Made by a program: the position numbers and the translations under genes. Under the pieces are notes generated by a model, which searched no databases, was not told the DNA's origin, and saw only the letters and a list, made by a program, of their open reading frames with translations. Shown one piece after another: positions 36,401 through 47,400 of a DNA stretch of 64,000 nucleotides (its first letter is position 1; each line of letters starts with the position of its first letter). The DNA is from Phoronis australis (taxonomy: Eukaryota; Animalia; Phoronida). The stretch spans positions 8,691 to 72,690 of the forward strand of contig NMRA01000324.1 in the NCBI GenBank assembly GCA_002633005.1. The letters are read 5' to 3'.

Positions 36401-39400
36401 GAAGTTAAGCTCTCACATCTCATTGAATTGTTGACGTTACGCAAACTAAGATCAACTTGTTTACTGCCAAATTATACCTTTTTAACTTCTGATTCATGGC
36501 AGAAGTTATCTGTTTTCACCGACCAGTGCTCCTCGATACATCGGCACATCGATTTGATGTGAAAGGCTTCTCTGTTATCGAATGGCCAGGCTCAGACAAA
36601 GGCATTGATAATATAGGTCAAGACAATATGGTGACCAGAATTCAGTGGCCCAGTTGACTGTCAGCTCTAACAAATGACTGGCCAATAATAGGTGTGCCCA
36701 GGTTTATCGTCAGGCAATTCACGGTGCACAGTTTAGTAGGGGAACAGCAGTGTCTTTGTCAAGAAAATTTATTTTTTACTAAAATTTAAATTCCTCTTGC
36801 CAGGTAGTCACCAGAAATGAAAGATTTGAACGTCATAGTCCTTGACCTTTTATCTGATGAAAGTATGCCGGCTAATGTTTACATATGGGTCACGTTTTAC
36901 TCACTTAATTATTACAGTTCACTAATAATATAATATAGGCTAATAATGGTATTGTGGGTATTTTTAGCTATAGGTTACTGTCATCTCATGATGAATGGTC
37001 TCGTGTGTTTTGAGCCCTGTTGTCAATAGCATTCCTCTCAAGCCCATGAATGCAGGTGTATTGTTTGAATGGTCTCATGTATAGTGAGCCGTGTTGTCAG
37101 TATCATTACTCTGAACTCCGTGAATGCAGGTGTATTGTTTATCATTTTTTCCTAGATACAATTTTTTCCGAACTCACCTTAAAACTTCTTTGATCCTGTG
37201 TTTGTAGTGTTCATTTTACCAATGGCAGATCCTTGTTAATTACGTAAGAATCTAGCAAACACTCTTCAATTTTGAACACTTGATGACTGGCCCTGTTGAC
37301 GGTACTGATTTCTCGATGAAAATAAAAGTTGAAAAAAACTTATTGCCTTCATCATTTGCATGATTCGTACTAAATAGCTCATAAGCTAAAAGTTAAGCGA
37401 AATTTTGAGCATTTTATCAAATGAGCCATTGAAAAGTAGAAAATTGCTATTTTTGGAACATTATTTTTGTGGGAAATTGAAGAGACATTACAGTAGCCCA
37501 GTGTTCATGTACTAAAGTTGGACAAGGAATCTGTCAACAATACGCTCGTTTGATCTGTAATTTCAGGTTCAACTCACTGATTTTGAAAATGCAGCCTTTG
37601 TGGTGTTCATTGTGATGATGACTCGTGTCATCTTGACCTTTGAACTCAACCTTCTTCTACCAATATCTAAAGTGGATGTCAATGTTAAGAATGCACAGAA
37701 GAGGGACGCGATAAATCAGGAGAAGTTCTACTTTAGGAAAGATCTTTTTTCCAGTAGGTGAACTATCTTTTTGAAAATAAAATAATAGAACGCAACAATG
37801 TCTGTGCTTTTGATTGATAAATTATCTTCTCCATATTTCATGGCAGGCATTATGCTATCTTGATGTAAAAGATGGTTAAAATCAAAAACTAAACAGCACA
37901 AATTTACTTCTAAATCCCTAAATCGTATGGTGATAATTAGGCCTTTCATAACTTCTTACAGCAGCGCCACCTTTTGAAAATCACTGTTTTGGTTAATGTT
38001 TTGGGGTGGACACCCTCAAGTGGTACTTTAATTGGGTGGGATAGCACTTCTAATCAAATATGACAATACTGAACGGACACTATTGATTGATTCCAGAAGA
38101 TTCACTGCCACTAACTTGACTTAGTTTGGTTTGAAGCTTGTGATGCTATCTTGACCTATTTAGAGGTGCATGTGACGTCAAACTGTAAAATCATTTGATA
38201 TTTGATTTTTGTCTCAGTTAGAAGTTAACGTTCTTCAGTCTACCAAGTGGAGAGTTGTTTTTTCAAAATTCAATTTTTTAAAATTAAATAAAGCTTTCCT
38301 TGACCTGGTAATGTCATTTCTTCATGGTCTTCAAAAATAAATGTCATAATATTTGACTTCAGCTTGGCTTGTGACTTTATCGTTATTCTGACCAATTGGT
38401 GGTGTTTTGACCAGACGGCGCGGCATTGACGTCAGAACACCATCCCATGCATGTGACAAATCGAATCTTAAACCGCTTCTTTTATTTAAAGAGGGACTCT
38501 CAATGCGCTCATGGAGAGCTTCCTTTACACCCCTTCTGAACCAGTCTTTTTCAAGGTCTAGGATAGGGGTGTAAAGGAAGGTCTCCATGAGCGCATTGAG
38601 TCCCTCTTTAATTAAAAGAGGCAGTTTAAGATTCGATTTGTCACATGTATGGGATGGTGTTCTGATGTCAATGCTACGCCGTCTGGTCAAAACACCACCA
38701 ATTGGCCAGAATAACAATAACGTCACAAGGCCAAGCTAAAGTTCGTGAGATGCGGACGCAACGTCACTAATTTTTGTAAGTTTTTTTATTCCAGTATTAG
38801 ACTCAGACTTGATCAAAACCTGATGACATTTAGTTAATAATGGCCTTTAAGTTTTTCCGTAGTCTATTCACAAAAGTGGTTTTGCTGTGAGCCTAAAACG
38901 AATTTTGTAATTGACCCATGTTTCATGTATTTGCAGAACTTCCTGACAAAGTTCAGTCGTGTTTGAATTCAATGAAAGAGAATGATTCAGAATCACTTGC
39001 TAGCTGTGACAAGTCCCTGTGTAATGGACACCTGGAGAGTGAATATGACCTCATGACTGTTGATGAGATTATCAATGGAAACGTAAGGTTACGTCATCAG
39101 TCAAACACATCTTATTTAGACACAATGCCTTTCCTCATGTTTCTACTGACAAAAAAGACACTAGCGAAAACGGGTTACGTAAAAGTTAACGAGAAATTTC
39201 ATCTTTGAAACATTGAAAGGATATCGGGATGAATTGTGACGTTGGTCACGAGGAAACAAGTTGTATGACTTGTACACTTATAATTATTAGGTTACAGTGA
39301 ATCAAAGACAAATTTCTTTGTAGTTTTTAAACTGACTTCCGAAGTTTGCTATTTAAAAGTTTGTCACCCCCTAGTAATGACTTCGGTATAATATCCCTGC

Positions 39401-40228
39401 TATCGCTCCATTAAGATGAACTTGGTGTAGTTAGCAGGAGACACTTGTATGCAGTGTTCCCTGGTCTTCCAGTGTGGCCAGAATTTGAACCTGGGTCTTC
39501 CAAACGCAAGTCGAGAGCTGAAACTGTGATCAACCTCCTCCTCTCATTTACAGGACAGTGGGTTCCCCGGCCTTATGTCTCTCATTAACTACTACATTGA
39601 CAGTATTGAGTGCGATGTTGATACACGGTGTAGTATCCTACAGTACCTCTCCCTTATACAAAATCGAGCGTCAGGTAAGAACGAGCTTGTTTTTGCAGGT
39701 AGTAATTCTCACGCAGCTGTCGTATTAATAGGGACTTGAAATTTACTAAGTGGCGCTTGAGTGTTACAACAGGGCCCCTCTTCCAGAAATGTAGCGAATA
39801 TGTTTCTGCTGCTTAAGGAGTAAATTTATTCTGTATTTCTCAGGAATTCACATTCCGTTTGCAAGATTTTCCGTTGTCTCTCAAACCTGGAAGTCTGAAT
39901 GTAGCAAGAGGTCGGAATAGTGATTTGCCTTAATCTGTACAATTACATATGTTATTCTATTGTTTTGTTTCCAGGTGAGCTGAAAACCACGGCTGGGTGG
40001 ATGCGTGACTTTGTCACCTCGCACCCTTCTTACAAACAAGACTCGGTGGTGTCAGAGGAGATCAACTATGACCTGATGCGACGGTGCGATGAGATATCTA
40101 ATCAACAAGCAGCATGCCCTGACCTGTTGCCTGAGTACAGCACAAAGACACAGAATAACATTCCAAGTGCAGTTAAAAAACATCACGGACAGGGGGTGCT
40201 GCAGTCGAAGAGTTCAAGTGTCTTGTAG
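15337..40228 (+). CDS. GCLC: Glutamate-cysteine ligase catalytic subunit (gamma-glutamylcysteine synthetase), 15 coding exons, ~670 aa
   Basis: [12 protein letters not shown]...[79 protein letters not shown] and LTDFENAA are all hallmark GCLC motifs; all introns GT-AG and phases add up to 2013 nt. Confidence 0.98.
18550..18560 (+). promoter_or_regulatory. Candidate intronic ARE in GCLC intron 1
   Basis: ATGACTAAGCA followed by TTTT. Confidence 0.45.
19519..19628 (+). CDS. GCLC: GCLC exon 2
   Basis: [36 protein letters not shown]. Confidence 0.93.
19779..19998. repeat. 70-bp tandem repeat, ~3 copies
   Basis: Unit cccagatcaaggtgattgcacagagaaggacttgtatcctaatgtgtgaattggtatgtatagtctctgg. Confidence 0.95.
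20222..20668. mobile_element. MITE with internal short repeats
   Basis: tttacatgagagacacttgtcac is inverted with gtgacagctgtctctcgtgtaaa; internal 15-mer x3. Confidence 0.6.
21003..22530 (+). mobile_element. Helentron-associated non-autonomous element (HINE/DINE-1-like) with internal ~150-bp tandem repeats
   Basis: T-rich start, 5' hairpin atgcgcctacatat..atatgtgggtgcat, GTCY-like microsatellite, internal tandem array, 3' subterminal gtgggcacat; family assignment is by structure only. Confidence 0.7.
22630..22752 (+). CDS. GCLC: GCLC exon 3
   Basis: [36 protein letters not shown]. Confidence 0.96.
22957..23172 (+). mobile_element. tRNA-derived SINE
   Basis: A box tggcctagtgg, B box-like ggtttgagtccc; body and tail shared with the copy at 55150. 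Confidence 0.8.
24034..25336 (+). mobile_element. Second copy of the same HINE-like family
   Basis: Same termini (tttttatgtgcccacatatttatatgtggacgcat ... cattcgtgggcgcatttcaacgctccg) and same internal repeat. Confidence 0.7.
26913..26981 (+). CDS. GCLC: GCLC exon 4
   Basis: [22 protein letters not shown]. Confidence 0.92.
27002..27300. repeat. 14-bp minisatellite (ttttgaYcatgcac)n, ~21 copies
   Basis: Read directly; starts ~20 nt after the GCLC exon 4 donor. Confidence 0.95.
28215..28328 (+). CDS. GCLC: GCLC exon 5
   Basis: [37 protein letters not shown]. Confidence 0.96.
28730..28788 (+). CDS. GCLC: GCLC exon 6
   Basis: [19 protein letters not shown]. Confidence 0.95.
28860..29130. repeat. 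Degenerate ~50-bp tandem repeat, ~5 copies
   Basis: gaatacatttgtagtgagtcggtccttcacttctttgctggaaagtgtat. Confidence 0.85.
30110..30488. repeat. 15-bp minisatellite (tgtgggccaatgtca)n, ~25 copies
   Basis: Read directly; explains the LAHMT/IGPHD/VGQCH repeat ORFs. Confidence 0.97.
31061..31286. repeat. Second 14-bp (ttttgaYcatgcac)n array
   Basis: Same unit as 27002-27300; begins right after an N at 31060. Confidence 0.9.
31557..31774 (+). CDS. GCLC: GCLC exon 7
   Basis: [10 protein letters not shown]...[23 protein letters not shown]...[12 protein letters not shown]. Confidence 0.97.
32727..32843 (+). CDS. GCLC: GCLC exon 8
   Basis: [39 protein letters not shown]. Confidence 0.97.
33201..33339 (+). 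CDS. GCLC: GCLC exon 9
   Basis: [22 protein letters not shown]...YNDIDLTYD. Confidence 0.97.
34065..34227. mobile_element. GC-rich MITE
   Basis: TIRs cagtggcggattta / tggatccgcccctg; GATGT on both flanks. Confidence 0.75.
35335..35447 (+). CDS. GCLC: GCLC exon 10
   Basis: [25 protein letters not shown]...DHFE. Confidence 0.97.
35892..35984 (+). CDS. GCLC: GCLC exon 11
   Basis: [31 protein letters not shown]. Confidence 0.97.
37567..37753 (+). CDS. GCLC: GCLC exon 12
   Basis: [23 protein letters not shown]...[17 protein letters not shown]; donor chosen by phase. Confidence 0.94.
38356..38742. mobile_element. Penelope-like retroelement 3' fragment (GIY-YIG endonuclease C-terminus) as an inverted duplication
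   Basis: Minus-strand peptide [44 protein letters not shown] resembles Penelope EN tails; arms 38356-38534 and 38565-38742 are inverted. Confidence 0.8.
38937..39082 (+). CDS. GCLC: GCLC exon 13
   Basis: Variable loop followed by [13 protein letters not shown]. Confidence 0.92.
39365..39542 (-). mobile_element. Diverged tRNA-derived SINE fragment next to the GCLC exon 14 acceptor
   Basis: Minus-strand B box-like ggttcaaattct in a tRNA-like context; boundaries approximate. Confidence 0.4.
39554..39674 (+). CDS. GCLC: GCLC exon 14
   Basis: [37 protein letters not shown]. Confidence 0.96.
39975..40228 (+). CDS. GCLC: GCLC exon 15 (terminal)
   Basis: [34 protein letters not shown]..., stop TAG. 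Confidence 0.96.
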
Positions 40229-41112
40229 AGCAAGACATGCGTAACAATGATGTACATATGCTCGAGGAGTCTAGTCGGAATAATAATGCAACTTAGTCTA
40301 GTTGATAGACAGTCTGATGGAACCAGCATACCTACTTGATACAGTCAAAATTCTTGAATATGTCACAATATAGAACTTTCAAAATTTTGATCAATGCATC
40401 TCACTAATTACGGTACCTATAAGTAAATCCACTAACAGCTTGGAAGTAACTGTCATGCTTGTTCATTGCTGACTCTGCATGTCTTGAGCAGATAGTAGCC
40501 CATTTGAATCGAGGACAGCTGTGTGTTAGTTGTAGGCGACAAGTCGCTAACATGGCATCATGGCCATTTTACATTTTGTTTGAATGGATCAATGCTATAA
40601 AATATTACTTGAGATGCCAAATTTCATATAGAATTTCATGTTTTGACGTATTTTCATCAGGGGAGTGGTTACATTTCATAAACACAATAGAAATTATTGT
40701 ACATAATCAACATAGCTGCCTAATGTGGACTATTGGAGACGTTAACACAGGGTCAATCAAACATGACTTATGGCAAGTGATACTTAATTGTTATACGTCC
40801 TCTTGGCTTGTGTTATCTGGTGTTAAGTTTTGCTATAAAATTCAATATCTCTGCATAACTGAACATGAATGTTATTTAACTCATTAACATGTAAAACTTG
40901 TATTTTGAACTATGGATTGCAAGCTTTGGATACTGTCTCTTGATGTGATAACTGTTTCCATTCACTGGTCAAAACTTGTAAGTAGGGCGTAAGATTTACA
41001 GTCAATTTAGGACACAACGTGGCAGACGCCTGAAATTTTTTTTTTAATTTTGTTCCATGAAAGATGTGTTGCGCTATATTTTTATTGGTTTTCTGTCTTC
41101 AAGTTCTGTAAA

Positions 41113-41252
41113 CCATAGCTATCACCAGGGCATTATGTGTTCAAGTTGTGTACAATGGCTATCACCAGGACAATATGTGTTCAAGTTGTGTACAATAGCT
41201 ATCACTGGGGGCAATATGTGTTCAAGTTGTGTACCATAGCTATCACCAGGGC
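41113..41252. repeat. ~40-bp tandem repeat, ~3.5 copies, probably in the GCLC 3' UTR
   Basis: tatgtgttcaagttgtgtacaatagctatcaccagg. Confidence 0.9.
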
Positions 41253-41769
41253 CATACTTTGTAGAAATTATTTGTGTCCGAAATTGGTGAGAGTACCGCC
41301 TGCATTATACAAACTTTAAGGTTTAACTAACAGTACATCAACAGTACATCAATCACTAGTCAGCTTCAATGTAAATGAGACTATGTTTGTTTGAGTGGCC
41401 AGTGTTTTAGCATCAGAGTGTACGTTTGAAATAAATTCCTAACTGTACATTCCTTAATTAGTTTAGCTTTGAAAAGTCGAGTCTTGATAAATACTGAGAA
41501 TCCGAGTTTTAATATTTACTTTAAATTTATTTAAAAATAGCCGTATGGAGATTTGCATTTTAAACTGAATACAATTTTTGTTGAACTGTAATTCAAGTTT
41601 CTTAGAATTAATCTTTATTAATTGAAATTTGTAAATAAATGTTTTATCACTCGTCAAGGATGTGTTGAACAAATTTTGTGGTCTGTCTTTCAAAACTTGT
41701 TGGTGAACTGGAGGACAGGCAACTCATGTCACTGTGTAGTAGAGGAGTGTTAAAAAAATGCAATAATGT

Positions 41770-42246
41770 TAAGAAGATATAGCCATGGAGGCAAAACTGG
41801 CCACTAAGGATACCACTAGTCTGACCCGTCTGAAAATCATCAGCCTTGGTTTTCTGAGCAGAAACACGTCTACCAAATTTTATAATGATCCTTCAAGCTG
41901 TTTGGCAAATAAATTAAGGTAGATGGTCACTAGGTGGCGAAGGATGGGTCCAAAAATGGGAAGTTGTTGTCTTCTTGATAGAAACGTACTATTAAGCAAT
42001 TCTAACAAAAATCCACCAAGGAACTCCAAGAATATTGAAGCAACTTTAAAATACCAAAATTGTCACTAGGGGCCAAAACGGTCATCACAGTTGTTCGCAA
42101 GTCATTGACATCCATGGACGTCTCCATAAGAACACATCTGCCAACTTTCATGAAGAACCTCCTAGAGGCTGTTTTAATATAGCAGCGGACGTTGGATGTC
42201 TGGATGGAGATGACGGCATGCAACCATATGGTGTTGCATAAAAATT
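41770..42246 (-). mobile_element. Older, diverged HINE-like copy between the GCLC and DENND3 3' ends
   Basis: Reverse-strand terminus gacggcatgcaaccatatggtgttgcataaaaa and cactaggtggcg motifs. Confidence 0.55.
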
Positions 42247-43492
42247 AATTCAACATTATGTAGTAGTGACTTGGCAAAAGGCCAATGGATACAGAAGTTG
42301 GATTACCAACAAAAAATCCACAATTATGGTATTGTGTGATCCATGTCAAACAAAATAAAAATAAGCTATTTGATTTATTGATATTTTCAACAAATTGTAA
42401 CAAAAATTAGTAAACAAAGTAAAATTTGCATAAACAAAACCGGCACAACTCTTAAAAAATAATCGCCAAAAAGCCTAAGATGTTACATTAGCAGATTAAG
42501 CACTTAAAATTTGCAAAAAAATCACCATAACAATTAAAAAAATCGTAAAAAATATCACCAAATTATAAATTATGGAATGATCCAAGCGTTTGCCCAATAA
42601 TACAGAGCGTATATGATGTATAACAAATTCAATGTTAAAGACGTGTGAAGCACAAATATCAAAATAACAAATTAAGCCGCTCATAATCAAAAAAAGTGAA
42701 CTGGCGCCGTATTATACCCCAGACTTAAGTTCCTCAAGATGGCGCTGCGCATGGCTTAACAACCATAAGAGTACAAGAGATCCCTTATCTAATATTTTCA
42801 ACACCAATTAATTAATGCAGCATTAACTCACTGTAATTATTCACTATCATTTTACAGTTTATGAGAAAGTTTACATTACATCCAGTGCTATTAGTAATAC
42901 TTAAGTTTCTATTCCCATGACATCAAACCTGATAATTTAATCATGCATACCTTGATGTGATGTAGAAAGTACACCCTAACATCAGATAAGATTCATAGTT
43001 TAAACTTCATATTCAAATTTCCATGGTTACGTAAACAAGTGCAGACACTCACCGAGAGTAGACATGATCCCTTACTGTAAAATTCAGTTGCAAAATGCAC
43101 AATTTTGTAGAGCTCCAACCCCAAAATTGAACCTTTTTGTGGTCAACGTAATTGGAAACCTGAACAACAAAAAGTCACCCCCCCCAAGCAGCACATTCCC
43201 TATATAAGAGCTCCCCCCCTCAGAAGACATTCATCCTTCCATTATTTGTATGCTCATAACCCACAACCAAAAATGATTATTTAACAAGTAACTCAGAGAT
43301 ATATGCTTCAGGTACTATAGTCCATCAAGTAGAATGTCACCAGCTTGGTCATATATCGCAGTTATAATCTTTTGTTAATTCTCACTGTCATGAGTGCCTT
43401 TTAGCAATTTAGAAGGCCATTGCCAAACAATCGCAGAGTTCGATACTTTCTCGTTCTTGACCCTTTCCTTAATTTTATGGGAGCCAAATACA

Positions 43493-44014
43493 GTTTAACA
43501 GCATGGGCAGATGACAGGAAGTCAGTTATAGCAAATACCTAGGGGGAAAGTGAAACTGTCAACTTCTTTAACGCATTTCGAAAAAAATTTTGGTCCATCA
43601 TTTACCTGTCGAATTGCGATTGATGCAACAGCCTCTGAACTGTCCATCATCTATGTTTCACTAACTCAAATTCAAAATGATTATCGAGTTAGAAATGTCA
43701 GACAAGAGATGAGGTCTGTACAGAGACCTGCAAGCAATGAATTTCAGCCAAAACCCTCCATTGATTGTTGAGTGTTTCCACCTCAAATTTTGATTATTCT
43801 TCCTGACAAATACCTGCCTCAATGTATGATGTCATAATTTCAGAATATCATAACACAATTTACAAGCCTCTTACCCAGAAATTTGTATTGCCCTTGACCA
43901 ACAAATAACAATTTTAGAGCACTTTAGTGATTGCACCCTATGTTATACGTATCCTCAAAATTATTTGATACTTGGAAATGCAGCGCTAAAAGACTTTACA
44001 GAGGAAGAGTTTAA
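43493..44014. mobile_element. TTAA-bounded non-autonomous DNA element, related to 51643-52094
   Basis: Both start cagtttaaca...acaggaag, share aactgtcca...aaatgtcagac, and end gaagagtttaa / gaaagagttaa. Confidence 0.5.
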
Positions 44015-44126
44015 GTATCCTAAGTTTGAGGTAGAAACTACAACACTAACATAAGCAATTTCTTGCACAACAAGATTCATTAATCCAACATGGCGGATAC
44101 TGCAGTTGTCACATGACATCCACCCT

Positions 44127-44417
44127 CTAATGGCTAACTTCAGTTGTCAAGCTGCTGTCAAGCGACCCATCACTGCTTTCGCAATCGGGCTGTATTGGTT
44201 TGCCAGCAGCCCTCCAGAGGGCAACCCTGCCATCATTACTGCCAGATCCTGTGATCACATATTTGTCCTCTGCAAGACACATGCAACGGACAGTGTCACT
44301 GTGAGCTAGTAGAACATTCTCTTCTTGTTGATGTGTCTTGGTGTCAAATATGTAGATACAACCATTACGTTCATCAGGTGTGGCACTAGAATATGTAGCC
44401 TTGCTGCCAACCCAAAT
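44127..44417 (-). CDS. DENND3: DENND3 terminal coding exon
   Basis: IWVGSK...GCIYIFD...AHSDTVRCMCLAEDKYVITGSGSNDGRVALW..., stop TAG. Confidence 0.93.
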   Translation of the reverse strand: MWVGSKATYSSATPDERNGCIYIFDTKTHQQEENVLLAHSDTVRCMCLAEDKYVITGSGSNDGRVALWRAAGKPIQPDCESSDGSLDSSLTTEVSH

Positions 44418-47400
44418 CTGAAATCACATTTTGCAAAGGTTTCAACAGCAGAGATGCAATATAAACACATGTAATGAAGCCTTCAACAGCAGAGATGCAA
44501 TATGAACACAAGTAATGAAGCCTTCAACAGCAGAGATGTAAAATGAACACAATGAGGCCGATTTAACTAAATGCAGAAAGAAAAACTCAAAAATTTCACT
44601 TTTAAATAACAATTGTGGTTCTGAGAGTGGTAATGTAAAGGTCCTCAGAATAAACCACAAGATTTGTGGGATAGATAAATCTTTGTAGTATTTGAATTAT
44701 GTGAACTACAAGCAATCACTATTGTGACTACTCAATGATCAGTGAGAGACCCTTAGTGAAGGATAAAATCTTTCAAACATGGTCCACGATGGCAACTAAT
44801 TCACACACTGTTCCTATAAAATTTCTACTTGGAAAATTAAAACAAAGATTTCTAAAATTATTTTGCACAAATTTTAAAAGCAGCTGACCGAGAGTGTTTA
44901 GGAAAGAGCAGTTAGAATTCTATTTATTGAATGGCAAGCAAAATCTGAAGCACTGGGCCAAACAATTGAACTAGAAATGGAAATCAAGGAAATAGTCTCA
45001 GTTGGACTTGGAAAAGTTGATGGACTTTATGTAATACAATATAGTTTTATAATGCTGGTCAAGAAATTGATCTGATATACTGCTATAATTACTGATTCTT
45101 CTGCCGTCTGGCTGAATCATGGTCCGATAACTTCTAAATATTTTAGTATTGACTAACTTAGAGTGGAATATCACTTTTCATTCATGCCAGCCAGACGTCA
45201 GATGTCGCAGTCTGACCAATCAGGTGCAAGCAGACGATGTCAGCACAACAGGTAAGAAAAAGCTAATATAATAAGAGATGAAAAAATAATAAAACAACCA
45301 CACTGATCCCTTGGGCATATCCGATCAAATGGACAGCAGGTGAGCAATATTGCCCTCAGCGTTTGGGGTCAAGCACTATTACTCTCTCTCAGTTCATGTG
45401 ACCTGACGTCATTGTGATCACTCCATAATTGTATCATATAGTATAAATAAGATCTGCTACAATATAGACAGTGAAATCTCATAAATTTAAAATACTAATG
45501 ACACTCACGTGAAATTCAATTTTAATTTTTTTTTCAATTGAAACCAGCAGCAAATTAGTGCTAAAACAATCCTTGATGCAACAGGATAAGCATTTTGGAT
45601 TTAGAGAGAGTAACGATAAGTCGCATAGTGAATTAGAATTTTGTGGAGGGTTGTAAATCATGAGTACCATTCACACAGTAGGCCTTTTGAAATTGACTTG
45701 CTAATTGACATGATTTAACACTACCTTATCGTGGACTTGCTTCAGGCTTGCGATGCCTCTGCAATTTTCTGAAGAAACATAAAGGATTCCCAGCCTAGTG
45801 AACTGGGGGTCCCAGACCACTATACGAGGCTGACTCTTACACCCAGCCCATACCTGCCAACAAAACACTTGAATAAACACATCTTGCAGTGAAAATAAAT
45901 TGACATTTTTAACACCTTTATACACAACCAGAAAAATGGAAAATTGATTCTGAAAATACAAGAATGATGGTCATTTGATTTCATGTGAGGCAGTGTGAGT
46001 TGACTGAACTCACAACTTCATGTGTGGCAGTGTAGCGGTTGACTGAACTCACAACGTCATGTGTGGTAGTGAAGCGGTTGACTGAACTCACAACGTCATG
46101 TGTGGCAGTGTAGTGGTTGACTGAACTCACAACGTCATGTGTGGCAGTGTAGCGGTTGACTGAACTCACAACTTCATGTGTGGCAGTGTAACTGCTGACT
46201 GAACTCACAACTGACATTAAGTTCTGGTGTACTACCAGGACAAAAGTATATTGTGAGCTATGCTTGACTGGAGAAATATAGTCAGAATGTCATTATATTC
46301 TAAACTGATCTTTTTCTATGAAAATAGAGAGAACTGTTTGACAGATGTTTTGGGTGATTACCTTGAAGTGTTATATCTAGATGATAAGAATGATGAGTTT
46401 GTTAAAAAGGTGGCTAGATACAAGTTTTCTTTGGCTTGTTAGATAACAAGGCAAAACCTCTATTTCATGTATATTGATTTTGTATCTCATCAGTGGGTCG
46501 GTGGATGAATGATGCATGAATAAAAATAATCTTCTTTCAATAAGTTCAAATAAAATAACAACATAATTTAGAGCAATATTGCAGAACTGCATCTGAACCT
46601 AAGAGTATGCACCTATTTAAGATTACGCTTAGTAGCACTTGTGAATTAAGCGTCACCTCTCTGTTACTTGTGACTATAAATATGTGAATTAACTGTCACC
46701 TCTCTGTTACTTGTGACTACATGACTGTGAAGTGTCACCTCACTGTTACTTGTGACTATTATGTGAACTAACTCCTACCTCTCTTTTACTTGTGACAATA
46801 AATGATTCCAATAACTGCAGTCTGTTATTTTCATCTCTGTACTTCAAAGTCGTAATCAGCCCACCATCTCGTCTCAATATTCGTATCTCAGTTTTCATAC
46901 CTGCACATTAGAAAACACAAAAAAATTAAAAGCATTTGAGGCCAAGTTACTTAGTAACCGCGTATAACATTCCATATAAAACATTTTGACATGTTTAAAC
47001 CACAAATTAAAAACTTTTCTAAGTTGTTTTTTGCTTCGAGTTGTAGACAGATTTTATGATTTTCAGCCAACAGTTTACTGATTTTTAGCTGAAAGTCAAA
47101 TGACAAAACATCATAGACTTTTTGAGAAATAGGCCAATGGTCTTAAAATCAGGTCAATCTTTTTGAAATACTCTGTGTTTACACAAACAAGTCAACTTGA
47201 AACATTGTGTAGTTACACCCCTAACTTACAGGAAGTCAACTTCAAACACCTTGTATCAACATTTACACAGGAGAAGTCAAGTTGAAGCATGCAGTATTTA
47301 CATTTTGCAAGATTAATTAAGTCAACTTACAACAATACAGTGTATCATCAACACAGCGGATGGAAGTGAGACTTGTTGAGTCCTGCAGTTTTATTGAACT

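Noticed and set aside
45981-46217. 13-aa repeat ORF; CRISPR-like appearance of this and other arrays
   Set aside because: Head-to-tail minisatellites without unique spacers, no cas genes, eukaryotic context.
46450-46500. Hammerhead ribozyme core (CTGATGA...GAAA on the minus strand)
   Set aside because: The required stems and cleavage triplet could not be formed; other CTGATGA hits also failed.
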